Notes under the pieces: model-generated
The model's input: the letters and a program-made list of their open reading frames with translations, nothing else
Database searches by the model: none
What the model was told of the DNA's origin: nothing
Origin: Asterias rubens
Taxonomy: Eukaryota
Direction: 5' to 3'
Length of the DNA stretch: 64,000 nucleotides
NCBI RefSeq assembly: GCF_902459465.1
Contig: NC_047081.1
Span: forward strand, 1,550,001-1,614,000
Made by a program: the position numbers and the translations under genes
Shown here: positions 12,597 to 24,500 of the stretch, one piece after another
How the letters are laid out: each line of letters opens with the position of its first letter
How positions within the stretch are numbered: position 1 is the stretch's first letter

Positions 12597-15500
12597 CTGA
12601 GGTGGCGGGGGAAAAAATGAGATAGAATAAAAACCAAAATGACACACTAAAATACTCTTCAGTCTCCTGACGATGACTAGAGCAGGCTAAGACCGTGTCG
12701 TAAACGACAGCTACGGCTTTGGCTAGATTTCCTTGTCATTGTGCGTTGAAGTATAGAACGTCCTTAGCAACACCCTTAGAAACAGTCATAGCTATAGCTG
12801 CTATTTCGGATATGGCCAAAATAAGGTTTGCCGTGACACCATGAAACAAATCTCTTTTGTGAGTAGTGTTGGCTCTGAGAAGGGCCAAGTACTGCAGGTT
12901 TAGTCAAAATGTTGTGACCAATTAAGAGAACTCACTGCTTGGCAGTGAAGTTTTTATTTTATGTATCGCCCAACTCATAAGGCTTGACGACCACTTCAAG
13001 ATGAGGACTTCACTTAACTGATTTGGGCTATCGACCCAAACTGCCACCAGGGGCACGTTGCCACCAACTCCTGGGGCTGATTACAGGGTGTACCCCTTCA
13101 CTGACCGTAAGGATGTAGGCATGGGTGTCATCCATTAGGGGCCTGCAGCCGCATTCACAAAACGCAAGGATTAATCCTATCTCGAGTTAGGACGAGTAAC
13201 TCATCCTAACTTAGGATGGGTGAAATGTGTCCTAACCTCTTTGGATACAGATTTTAACTCGTCCTAAGTCCTAAGATCAATCTTAGTTTGGAAGAGTTTG
13301 GTGAAACCGATGGCTGGTTGGTAGAGCAGAATGAACTACATGTACCTTCCATCTTTTTTGAAGCAATTATGGTTTACCTTTCTCAAGGACACAATGGGAG
13401 ACTTTCTGGGACGATAGAGGGCAGCAGACTTACCGGGTAAATCCATTGTTCTCAGAATTATGCGCATGTTCAGAACTACGTAAACAATGGAAATTTACCC
13501 GGTATGTCTGCTGCCACCTAGCGTTGGAAAGTCTCCTATTGTCCTGACCGGGATCCGAATCCAAACTCTGCTGCTGACAGCACCAGGGCATGGATCCAGT
13601 GAACTAGACTGCTCTGCCACGACACGCCACATAATGAAATGAAATCGGACGAGAGGGATACATTAATAGGATCTTACCCTTGTTCTTGAGAGGGCCGTCG
13701 CACATGTAACAGATGAAGCACTCTGGGTGGAGAGTCTTATCTTTGGCTTTCAGGACTGGTCCACTGCAAAAAGGAAGAAGTATTTATTGACTAAAAATAA
13801 AACTGATTATTGATAAAGTAAAATGGTTACAGCATGAAAGCCAATTGCATAATAAGCCTTGTTCATACTTCCTGCAAATGCGATGCAAATTTTGACATCA
13901 TACAATCGCATCAAATAATTCACAATTGTTGAAATGTGTTCAACTCCTGCGAAACATTCGCTGCCAAAAGAGCCATGTGACATCAAAATTTGCTTCAATT
14001 TTGAAAATTGACGGCACAATGACGGGCTTGATCACAGCTTAAATTTGAATTCCTCACGACTAAATCGACAGTCGCTACGCCACATGATTTGGGGCACGCT
14101 TTTGCATAGTTGCATAAGAGACAGTGAACACCCATACACAGTTTTGAATGAATAAGTATGCCACAATGGTAACAGGGAATGCTCATCTGGAGGTTGCTTT
14201 ACGAAGGCTTTCCCAGTGGGCAAGGTTCATCTTTTTTCTATTTCCAGACTTAAGGAATCTTAAGGCCATTTCCCGAGAGCGCCAGTCCTTGAGTAATGGG
14301 CCCTGGTTGTCTGTCACTTGCGATTATTTAACAAGCTTTCACAAGGCTTTTTTGCTAAACTGTCCTCAATTGAACAGAGCTTGAAAGCCATTGGACACTT
14401 TCGGAACAGAAAAGAAATTAAAAGTTCACAGATTTACAAATAACTTACAGGGTTTACAGAAGGTAATGGTGAAAGACTTCTCTTGAAATATTATTCCATG
14501 AAATGCTTTACTTTTTAAGAAAACATTAAAACAATATAAATTCTCGATATCGAGAATTACCTATTTATTTTAAACACATGTCATGACATGGCGAAACATG
14601 CGGACACAAGGGTGGGTTTTCCCGTTATTTTCTCCCGACTCCGATGACCAATTGAGCCTAAATTTTCACAGGTTTGTTATTTTATATATAAGTTGTGATA
14701 CACGAAGTGTGGGCTTTGGACAATACTGTTTACCGAAAGTGTCCAATGGCTTTTAGACACACATTTACCATCAACTCTTGTTTTTCAGGGGGGGGGGAGG
14801 AGTCATGGTTCATTCACTGATTCACTGGGTTGAGATCTTGACGGGTTGCGGTATGAGGGTTAAAAACTTACACTATTCCTAAGTTGCACCTGAAGCACAT
14901 GGGTAGCGTGGGTGCTGGTCTGGACACAGCATGGGGTGATGCGGTAGGTGCTTTGACACTTCTTACACCCTGTGGTGGAGCATCTGTAAAGAGACAAAAT
15001 GAGAACATCATATTATAGTTATTCAAGGTTTATGTCTTGACAGGAAATTACCTCTAGAACCAATGTGCACTTACATGTACACTATAGGTTACGCTAACTT
15101 TTACACTAAACCATCACCCTAACCTTTAAACTTACTGTTACACTAACCTTTACACTAACCTTTACACTAACCTTTACACTAAACCTTTACCCTAACCTTT
15201 AAACTTACTGTTACACTAACCTTTACACTAAACCTTTACCCTAACTTTTAAACTTATTGATACACTAACATTTACACTAACCTTTACACTAACATTTCAC
15301 TAATATTTACACTAACCTTTCTACTAACCTTTACACTAAATTTACACTATCTTTTACTAGGATCTTCAACGGAAATTGACGAGCAAGGCCAAAAGATAGA
15401 GCACGAGTAAACAGACAAGTTCGAAAAAGCACATGCAGATTTCTAGTTTTATAAAGATGGAATTGCCTACCACAAAAAAGTGTGCACAGTTTTTTCAGTG

Positions 15501-18500
15501 TTACGGGCACAGATGAAAAATAAGAAAGTTATTGAAATTATTTCATAAAGAAGTTACGTTGATATATAATATTACAAAATTGTCTGCCGATTAGTTTGAT
15601 ATAACTGGATCCTGTCCATCCTGAATTATTTTTATTTTAAACCAGACATCCTTGCGTGTTTCTTATCTGGGCTTACTACAACTGCGCCTTTGATATGTTG
15701 TTTAAAGGATTTGGGTTCTTTTTCAAAATGTCCATAGATTTACATTAAACTTACAGGGTTTGAAGATAATGATAGTGGAAAGCTTCCCTTCAAATATTTC
15801 TTACTGAGGTGCTGTAGTTTTTGAGAAATGTGTAAAACAATGTCATGAAAATACGTTTTTAAATGCTTAAAAGAATTTTCATGACATTGATTTACTCATT
15901 TCCCCAAAACTACAGAACCTCAGCACGTAATTGTTTCAGGGAAGCTTTCTACTATCATTATCTTCAAGCTGTGTAAGTTTAGTGTAAATCTGTGGACATT
16001 GTGTTTTTTGTCCTACAAAAAGTACATAGACCCTTTAATAAAGATTCATAATTCAAAACCTCAGTGGCAATTTACTATCTTTATCTGTTTTTTTTTTTTG
16101 CCTGAGGCTAGTGCCATATCCAAAGGAATTCGGCGCTGGAATGTTCGAAGCTGGTTCAGCAAGCCTCTTAAGCCGAGATAAAACCCCACTAGGATCCGCT
16201 AATACAGCTGCCAACAGTGATGCCAGAGGAACAGACTAAAACATGGACAGGATTGATGATAGGACAACATGAGGGTACCATCTCGCCAAAGGAAAGAGTA
16301 ATCCTAAGAAAACTATAAATAACAGTAAACTTGCGGAAACAACCATGTGATAATTTTCTTTTGAGGGAGTGTTGGCTCTGAAAAGAGCCGGTTTGGTCTC
16401 GGTGTTTCAAACAATATGCTCTGCTTGTCGTCAGGAACAAGCTGGAATGCCAGTGGTGATGCCTGATGGATCAATTTTTTTGTGGGAAGAAAAAGGTGTT
16501 TTTTTTTACCTTGAAATGTTGCTAGTCAGTATCTAGGATAATTATTTGAAACCCTAAATTTATACGAAACTTTTTTGCACACTTTGTGGTATTATCTGGA
16601 CCCTCGCTTCTCGCTTAAAACTTTACTAGAAAGGATTAAGTGAGAGGGCCTAACCCATGCGTACATCCTTAAAGACTTTTAAGAGGGTAAACCCCAGGAG
16701 TATGTGGCAACGTGCCCCTGGTGGCAGTTGATTTAGGTTGTCAGCCCAAATCAGTTTAAGCATAGCCTTCCCCTTGATGTGGATGTATAGCCTTGTGATG
16801 TTGGGCAATCTCTCATAAAAAAAAATTCACCCCCAAACTAAACATTTTTTAAGGCCACAAGTTTTAAGTCCGAGACTCAAACCCAAGCTCTGCTGATCAG
16901 ACACACCAGAGCCCGAGTCCGGTCGGCCATGACACGCCACAAACAGACAAAATGAAAGACTATAGATTTACTCGCAATTGGTAGCTTGTTCACATCTACA
17001 AATCTTTGATGAAATTCTGAAAAATTAAAACCTCCCCCAAGGAATTTTTTAATTTGGGACCTTACCCATTGCCGCCTCCTCTTCAGCGGTCATGCTCTGC
17101 AGCATCTTGAAGGAGCGAGACTGGGAACCGGGGTTGATGTACCCACCGTACCTCATCTCCTCATCATCACCTCGGTCGATGTACTGGGCAGGGGCCTGGC
17201 CGTGGCTGTAGGAGGGTGGCTCCTGGTAGGTAGGGGTGTAAGGCTTGGCGGCATGGCCGTACACTGGCGTGGACGCTGGCATATCACTATGAGAAATGTG
17301 TAGAATTGTTTGTCAGATTATGTGTTGATGGGTTGTTTGATTTGGGTGGATTGGGAGGGGTTTTGGGGATTTGCAAGGTCTTTTGGGGGAGGGGTCTTGG
17401 GGAAGGGAGGGGTCTTGGGGAAGGGAGGGGTCTTGGGGAAGGGAGGGGCTGGGAAGGGAATTAGAAGCCGGGGTGGTGAAGGGGGCTTGCAGGAGGGGAT
17501 TTGGGAAAGGATTAGGGGGGTTGTAGGGGGACTTGGCAGGGACTGGGAGGGGGATTGGGAGGTGAGGTGTTTAGAGGGGGATCTGGAGGGGGATGGGGGA
17601 TTTGGAAGGCAGCTTGGGAGGGAGACAGGAGAGGGGCTTGTAAGAAGGGGTGGGGCAGGGGGCTTGGAGGAGCGGGTTAGGGTGGAGGATGCGGTAGGGG
17701 TTTGGAAGAGGGTGTGGTGCAGAGGGCTTTGATGGGGAGGCTTGCAATGGTAGATCTGGGAGGGGGTTGGGGATTTGGGAGGGAGTTTTAGGAGAAGCCT
17801 TGGGGAGGGGATTCAGGAGGGGCGGGGGAGGGGGAGTTTGAGGTGTCTTGGTTAGGGATCAAGAGCGAGAGATTTGAAAGGAGGATGGGGAAGGAAGCTT
17901 GGGGAGGGGGATGGGATAAGGGCTTGAAAGAGGGGGGGCTGTGGAGGGGGCCTAAGGGAGGAGGCTGGTGAGGCGTTTTGGGGAGTTTGGGAGGAGTGGG
18001 TCTTAGGTAGGGTATTGTTTGAGAGGGGGATGGGGAAGGCGTCTAGGGGGAGGGGAATTGGGGTGGGAATTGGAAGAGGGGATTTGGAGAAGTGACTTGG
18101 TGAAAGGGTTGGAAGGTACTAACTCCATACTCACCCTCCAACACGTCCAGCAATCATTCCTTCCGTCTGGCCCTTGAAGCTGTCTGCGATGTTCTCAGAT
18201 GAGTAGATCCCGACGGGAGAGTTGAATTGCTTGTGGACCACCGTGGCTCGACCCATCCCAGCGCCGGGACCTGGACTCGCTGCAAAAGGCTTGGCCGTTG
18301 CATTGTGTCCCGAGCCAGGATGATTGAAAGTCTGCAGTGTGAAAAAGGTTTGTTGCAAAGAATATTTTCAAAAAGATGGTCAACTCCCAGCCAAAACTCT
18401 CAACTTCAAGAAATATATGAAGCTGTTTTCAATTGAATCACTTTTAAAAAGTCAAACTTTTTACAAAGTAATTTGATACTTTTTGAAAAAGTTAAATTAT

Positions 18501-21500
18501 ACTTTGGACAATCTTTTGATTTTCTTTGCAAAGCATGCTTGAGAACAATGGAAACAGATTCGTATGTGTCGTGCACATGATTTGGCATTGAACCCCCTTT
18601 TGACCTCTTGGAGAGGATGCCCTACCCAAATGACATCATGTGCATTTAAGGTCTATTGGAAAATAAGCACATCAGAAAATTTTGACATTTCCCTTGCTCT
18701 TTTAAGGCTGCAAAATCGTGATATTGAGCAAAAGTCCCTCCTTGGAATAGGGGTAATAAAATGGACTTGCCTGTTTATTGGCGTGTAGTGACACACTAGT
18801 GACTGCAGCATCCGTCTCGTCCCTGTTGATCTTTGGCTTCCAAAGAGTTGCCTCACCCCTGTAAATTGAATGGAACAGACCATCAACTACTTTTCTATAC
18901 ATGGCAGGATTTAGAACCAAAAGCGACACAATGGGCTATGAATTCTCTGATTGCCGAAGGCCTTAGGTGTGGTATGCAGAACTTTTTATTCATGAAACTC
19001 CATGGTTTAGGATTCCAATTCTTTCTTGAAAGACTGTTCTGATGATGGCAAACAAAAGAGAGCGATTCAAGTTTAAGGCATGGTCATAGATAAACAAAAA
19101 TTTGTGACCATAATGTTGATTAAATACAGGCAAAATTAAAAAGAAAGAAACAATACCAGTCAAATGTGCAGCTGAATATGGTTTCTACTCAGGTCAGGGT
19201 TTTCCCTCATTTCTAGATTCTATTTTAAATTGTTAATAATTTTTCTCAAAAAAAAAAAAAAAAAAAAAAAGTTTTAATAATTTTAGCAAAAAACAGTTAA
19301 TGGCCCCCACCTCAACCCAAGCAGAGTTACCTTCTTGATAAAACATGGAATGATTATGCCAAGACATATCCAACGAATGTTTCCTCTATGGTTGCCCCTT
19401 TAGACCAAGGTTGGCCCTTTAGAGTAATGATAAGATGCTGACCCCAAGGTCAAACTTTATGTAACTTGGAATTGAACTCAAGGTCAGCTGGGTTGTCAGT
19501 TTGTGGTATGGCTATACCAGGGCATTATGTACACATTCCAAGCTGCTTTTACTTTAGGAATTCCAACACCATCCACACAGTGTGGTGTAAGTGCTTGGTC
19601 TTACCATGGAGCAAGGTCTAATCTCTGTCAGCCCTTTCTCTATGGTCTAAGCTTAAACCTTTCCACTCTTGAACTACGTGGTATAATAATCTGTTGAAGA
19701 AGCACGACCATCAAGGCTCCAAATTGGGGGAAAAACCCAATTGAGCTGGTCAATAAAAAGACAAGGCTAAGGTCTTAAGAGCAAGACTAGACTAAGGTTC
19801 TGCGAGCAAGATTAGGCTAAGGTATAGAGTTGGTCAATAACAAGACTCGGTTAAGGTCTTGAGAGCAAGACTAGACTAAGGTTTTGAGAGCAAGATTAGT
19901 AGAGCTGGTCAATAACAAGACTTGGCTAAGGTCTTGAGAGCAAGACTAGACTACCACCAGGTGCTCCTGTTTATGTTGAGGTTAAAGGCCTCATTGTTTC
20001 AACATGACATCATCTTGGATCATCAAGCCATTCCCTTCTCCAAACAAATACCTTATTTCCACCCATGCTTCCAGAGTGTGGTTTCTAGTCTGTGGTTTTG
20101 TGTGGGTCTGGTCAATCTGTGTTAGTGTAACCATGGAGCAATAAACTAGAGTGTAACAACAAGGTTGGATTACAACAGAAGGAAGTCTGTTTTCCTTTCA
20201 CAGGAAAACCCCCACAGCATTATCATTTGAATGTGCACATTAAATATACACCAGACCAGGGCCCAACTTCATGGCTCTGCTTACCGCCGAATTCTGCGCT
20301 TACGATCACGATTCCCCGCTTACGTGCAAGCGCCGAATTTCTGCGCTAGCCTTGTAAGCGTAGAATGCCTAGTAACGTGAAGTACGCACGCGCAGAAGCC
20401 CAAATTCGTCGCTAACCCGTGAAATACGCTTGCCATAAGTACAGAATTCCCTGCTTCCGTAAGCGCCGATTCTGTGCTTACTGTAAGCGCCGATTCTGTG
20501 CTTACGATAAGCAGAGCCATAAATTGGGCCCTGTAGAATAACAAACCTGTGAAAATTTGGCCTCAATTGGTCAATTGCAAGAGAATAATAAAAGAAAAAA
20601 AAAACACCCAAGTTGTTTAATAAATTTGTGTGCTTTCAGATGCCTAATAAAAGGCTTCAAGCTTGAAGTCTTTTAATAATAGAGTATGAAAAATTACCTC
20701 TTAAACAAAAACTACATTACTTTAGAGGGAGCCGTTTCTAACAATGTTTTATACTATCAACAGCTCTCCATTGCTTGTTATCGAGTAAGTTTTTATGCTG
20801 ACAATTATTTTGAGTAATTACCAATAGTGTCCAGTGCCTTAAAATTTCCGGAATATTACCAAAGGTGTACCTCCCTTTAATTATTTTTTGCCTCAGTATT
20901 TGACATCCCAACTATCTGTCGTGAGTCACTTCTCCTTTTTTCTTTTTCTTTTACACATTGACGAAGCGTGGGCACAAGAGTCTTCATAAAGAGATTATAA
21001 TCTAAAGTGATATCGTCATCGGCCGCGGAACGACTGACTAAAACTGAATACCCAAGCAGTAAAGGATGAGTCAAGCTCGCCTTGAAAAATGAAATGTACA
21101 ATTACAGTGAACCGAATCAAAAACACGAACGATGTTTATGGATGAAATTTACGTTATGTACATGTCGCCTTATGTAGTAGTGTGCATTGGTGTGTAACGT
21201 CACAGACACTAACCTTTTATGGGAATTCATATGAAAAGATTCTGTCACCAGCTTTACAATTTACCCCTTATTGTCAGACAGAGTGGGGGATATTTCGGTC
21301 ACCCTGTACTGATTTTGGTCGCCCTTTTTAGAATTAGAGGCAACTGAGCTCCAAGGTCAAATTCAGTTCTGCAATGTACCCATTTTCCAATAGATGGAGT
21401 GCTTTGGAGTTGAAGACAAAATTACAAGTCTCCATCGAACAAAGATTGACAAAAATAGGGAGACTGCAAACATAGGTCTAGAAAGCTCAGTTGGTAGAGC

Positions 21501-24500
21501 GTCGGCACGTTAATCTGGAGGTCGACTCATTGGTACAAATCCCACTCTAGTAAATTGTTTTTTTGTTTAACCCAAATAAAGTCTCTAACCTCACAACAAT
21601 TTAAATGGTGTGAAACCCCTGGTAATGAGGATACAGATAAGTGTATACACGTACCTATCTTTTTTTCTTTTTTTTAAATGCAGACATGCTTTGAGTGTGA
21701 AACACTTTTATTCAATTACCAATCGCACTGGGAAACCCTATTTCCGGATCCTGTCGGTCACACTTGGTATGTTACTGAACGTGTTTGAATGAGCAAAACA
21801 CACATTTGTTGACAGTTTACATGCGTTGCCAATTTGAGTGTGCAAATGAGAGAACCATTGGTAAACTGATTTGGTGACATAGGCAACAGGGCAAACAGTC
21901 TCCACATTGAAAGTTGTAGTTCTCTTTTGGTAAAAGGCACCCTATGAGGAAATTGTATATCTCTACTGGATCATTTCAAGGGCACCAAGGCAAGTATCTG
22001 GCCTGGTACCCACTCAGTTTCCCTTGTAGCTTATTAGCCTACTTGATAAAAATTTAAAAAAAAAACAACATTTTACCAAGGACATTTAAGAGAACATCTG
22101 TTTGGACTTATCTACAAACTCTCACTCTTTAATTTCCAGTGCTTAATGGGTGAGATTTATGAATGGTCTGATTGTGGTCATTGGGGGGGGGGAGGTTGCT
22201 TTTATTGTACATTGGCTAATAACATGAGTCATGACTGGGGATGACCAATCAACATTCCTGAGGGATGAGTTAAGACAATAGCTGTCATTCCTTCAACAAA
22301 TCAATGGGAATTTACAGGGAATAAAATTCACCGATTGTTATGACTCATATGAGACTACTTCTGTAAATTATTCTTGTTTGATTCAATGTAATTTGTTACT
22401 GAAGACATCATTTACAATAAAGATTTGTGTTTTTAAAGCGGTGGACACCTTTGGTAATTGTAAAAGACCAGTATTCTCTCTTGGTGTTTCCACACATAAA
22501 TGCATAAAAATAACAAAGCTGTGAACATTTGGACAAGAAAAAAAAAAACTTGTTGCACAAATTTGTGTGCTTTCAGATGCCTAAAAAAAGGCATTTGAGT
22601 GAGAAATTACCTCTTTCTCAAAAACTGTGTTACTTCAGCGGGAGTCGTTTCTCACAATGTTTTATACTATCAACAGCTCTTGCTCGTTACCAAGTAAGTA
22701 AGTGAGTAATTATCCATTGTCCAGTGCCTGTAACTCTTTCACACACGGACAGATCGCTTAGGGACTGGTATTAAGCCTTCAGAAAAATAGCTTTAGAACA
22801 AATGATAATTGTCGCACTGCCACAAGAGTTGAAAAGAGGGCTTTTCAGGCAAAAATGTTTACTCAGGACACTGAAAGCATGAGTGCTACATGTTTTTGAT
22901 GAAATTTGAACTAGTTGGTCGGATGTGTGTTTATTTAAAAAACAGACCATAGAATCACTTACTCTCCCATGAAAACAAAGACACACTTTCCCTTTTAAAA
23001 CATTTCATTAAACAATTCAAATAGTTTGTCCGTGGTTGCTCTTTCATCACCGATCATTTCTACACCATTACCTTGTAACAGAAGCCTATAATGTATAAAA
23101 CCCAGTTCACCCACATCAGGCGGAAATAGTCGAGTTACTGTTACATAAAACAGGATCCACCTCTTCCTGATACATGCAAATTCAACAGCTTTTTATTCTG
23201 TTATCCACATTTCCAGTATGGTTAGTGTTATGTTTCATTACGCATGATCTAAACCTCTGTCAAGCTCCAGTTCTAAAGAGGTCCTTTTTTGGGGGGGGGG
23301 GGGGTGGGGGGGGGGAGAAGCAAAACGGAGTTTCTATGGCCTTCCTCAATGACAAAGATGTGACTTGCAATAAAAGGGGAAAATATTTCAGACAAACCTT
23401 TCCGCAATATCGCATTCTAATAAAAAGTAGCTTATCATGTAGAGGGCTCATAAAAATGGTTTGGGTACTTTTTGTGTGACACAAAACACAGACGTCCACC
23501 TAGGTTTATGATGAGGGGATTAATGTCACTACTTGATCTACAAAAGGTATCAAACCAAGGCACTCCAACTTTTCATGCTTCAACTTTTCCTGCAAGGTAT
23601 TTTGGAGCTATAACTCATTTTTCATTTTTCCTAACACCCCCACATCCTTCACCTTAGTTTGACCATGGAGGAAGAATGGTTTGACGTTCTCTTTTTGTCT
23701 GATATTGAGACTAGATAAAGGACATTTTCGGCATTCCTTGTACCTTATTATTTTACCAGTCTAAATTTAGCAAGAGAGATCAAACAGTGCAATGTGATCC
23801 GTGTATTTATCACTGATCAAGTGAGATGGAAATGACCTGGGCCCAATTTCATGGAGCTGTTTTTGAAGCGCAAAAATAAGCACCTACATTTATAAGCTTA
23901 GCAGTTTGCTGGTTACTACCCAAAATACCCTGTCATTTTTGACTGGTAACCTACTCATTACTCATTAATGCTAAGCAGGGATTTTATAAGCATTATTTTC
24001 TGTCTTAAGCAGCTCTATGAAATTTAACCCTGGGCCCAATTAATTTTTAATAGAGCTAATTAAGCACAAAAGGTTGCTCAGCAATTATGCTTAGCACATT
24101 TAGGTTGCCACCCAAAATAGCCTGTTGCGTACAATTTGTGTTGCCGGTAAGCAGCTCATTTCTGCTATGCGGAAAATTGTTAAAAGCAATGAATTCTGGT
24201 TTATCAGCTCTATGAAATTGAGCATGATTTTGTTCTGCTGGTAGCTTCTTAACACGTTAGAAGGAAATTTTTGCCTCTGCGCGTCTGTACTCAAGCTCAA
24301 ATTTTCACAGGTTTGTTATGTCATGTATATAATGGTTCACACAAATCATTAGAACATTCTACAGGACTTTTTTGTCAGCTCTACCAATCCTGTGTTATAA
24401 CAGGTCTGAAACCTTTCTCTTCTTTAAAGGAACGTTACAGAGTTGGTAAGAAACAAAAACCGTGAAGATCACATGTTTACATAAAACTTAAACGGTCTAA

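Noticed and set aside
17310-17732. 140-aa Gly-rich ORF on the plus strand
   Set aside because: It is a by-product of the G-rich intronic tract antisense to Zasp, with no splice or domain support.
21477-21555. Possible tRNA gene
   Set aside because: The B-box is degenerate and there is no cloverleaf; it is a SINE relic.
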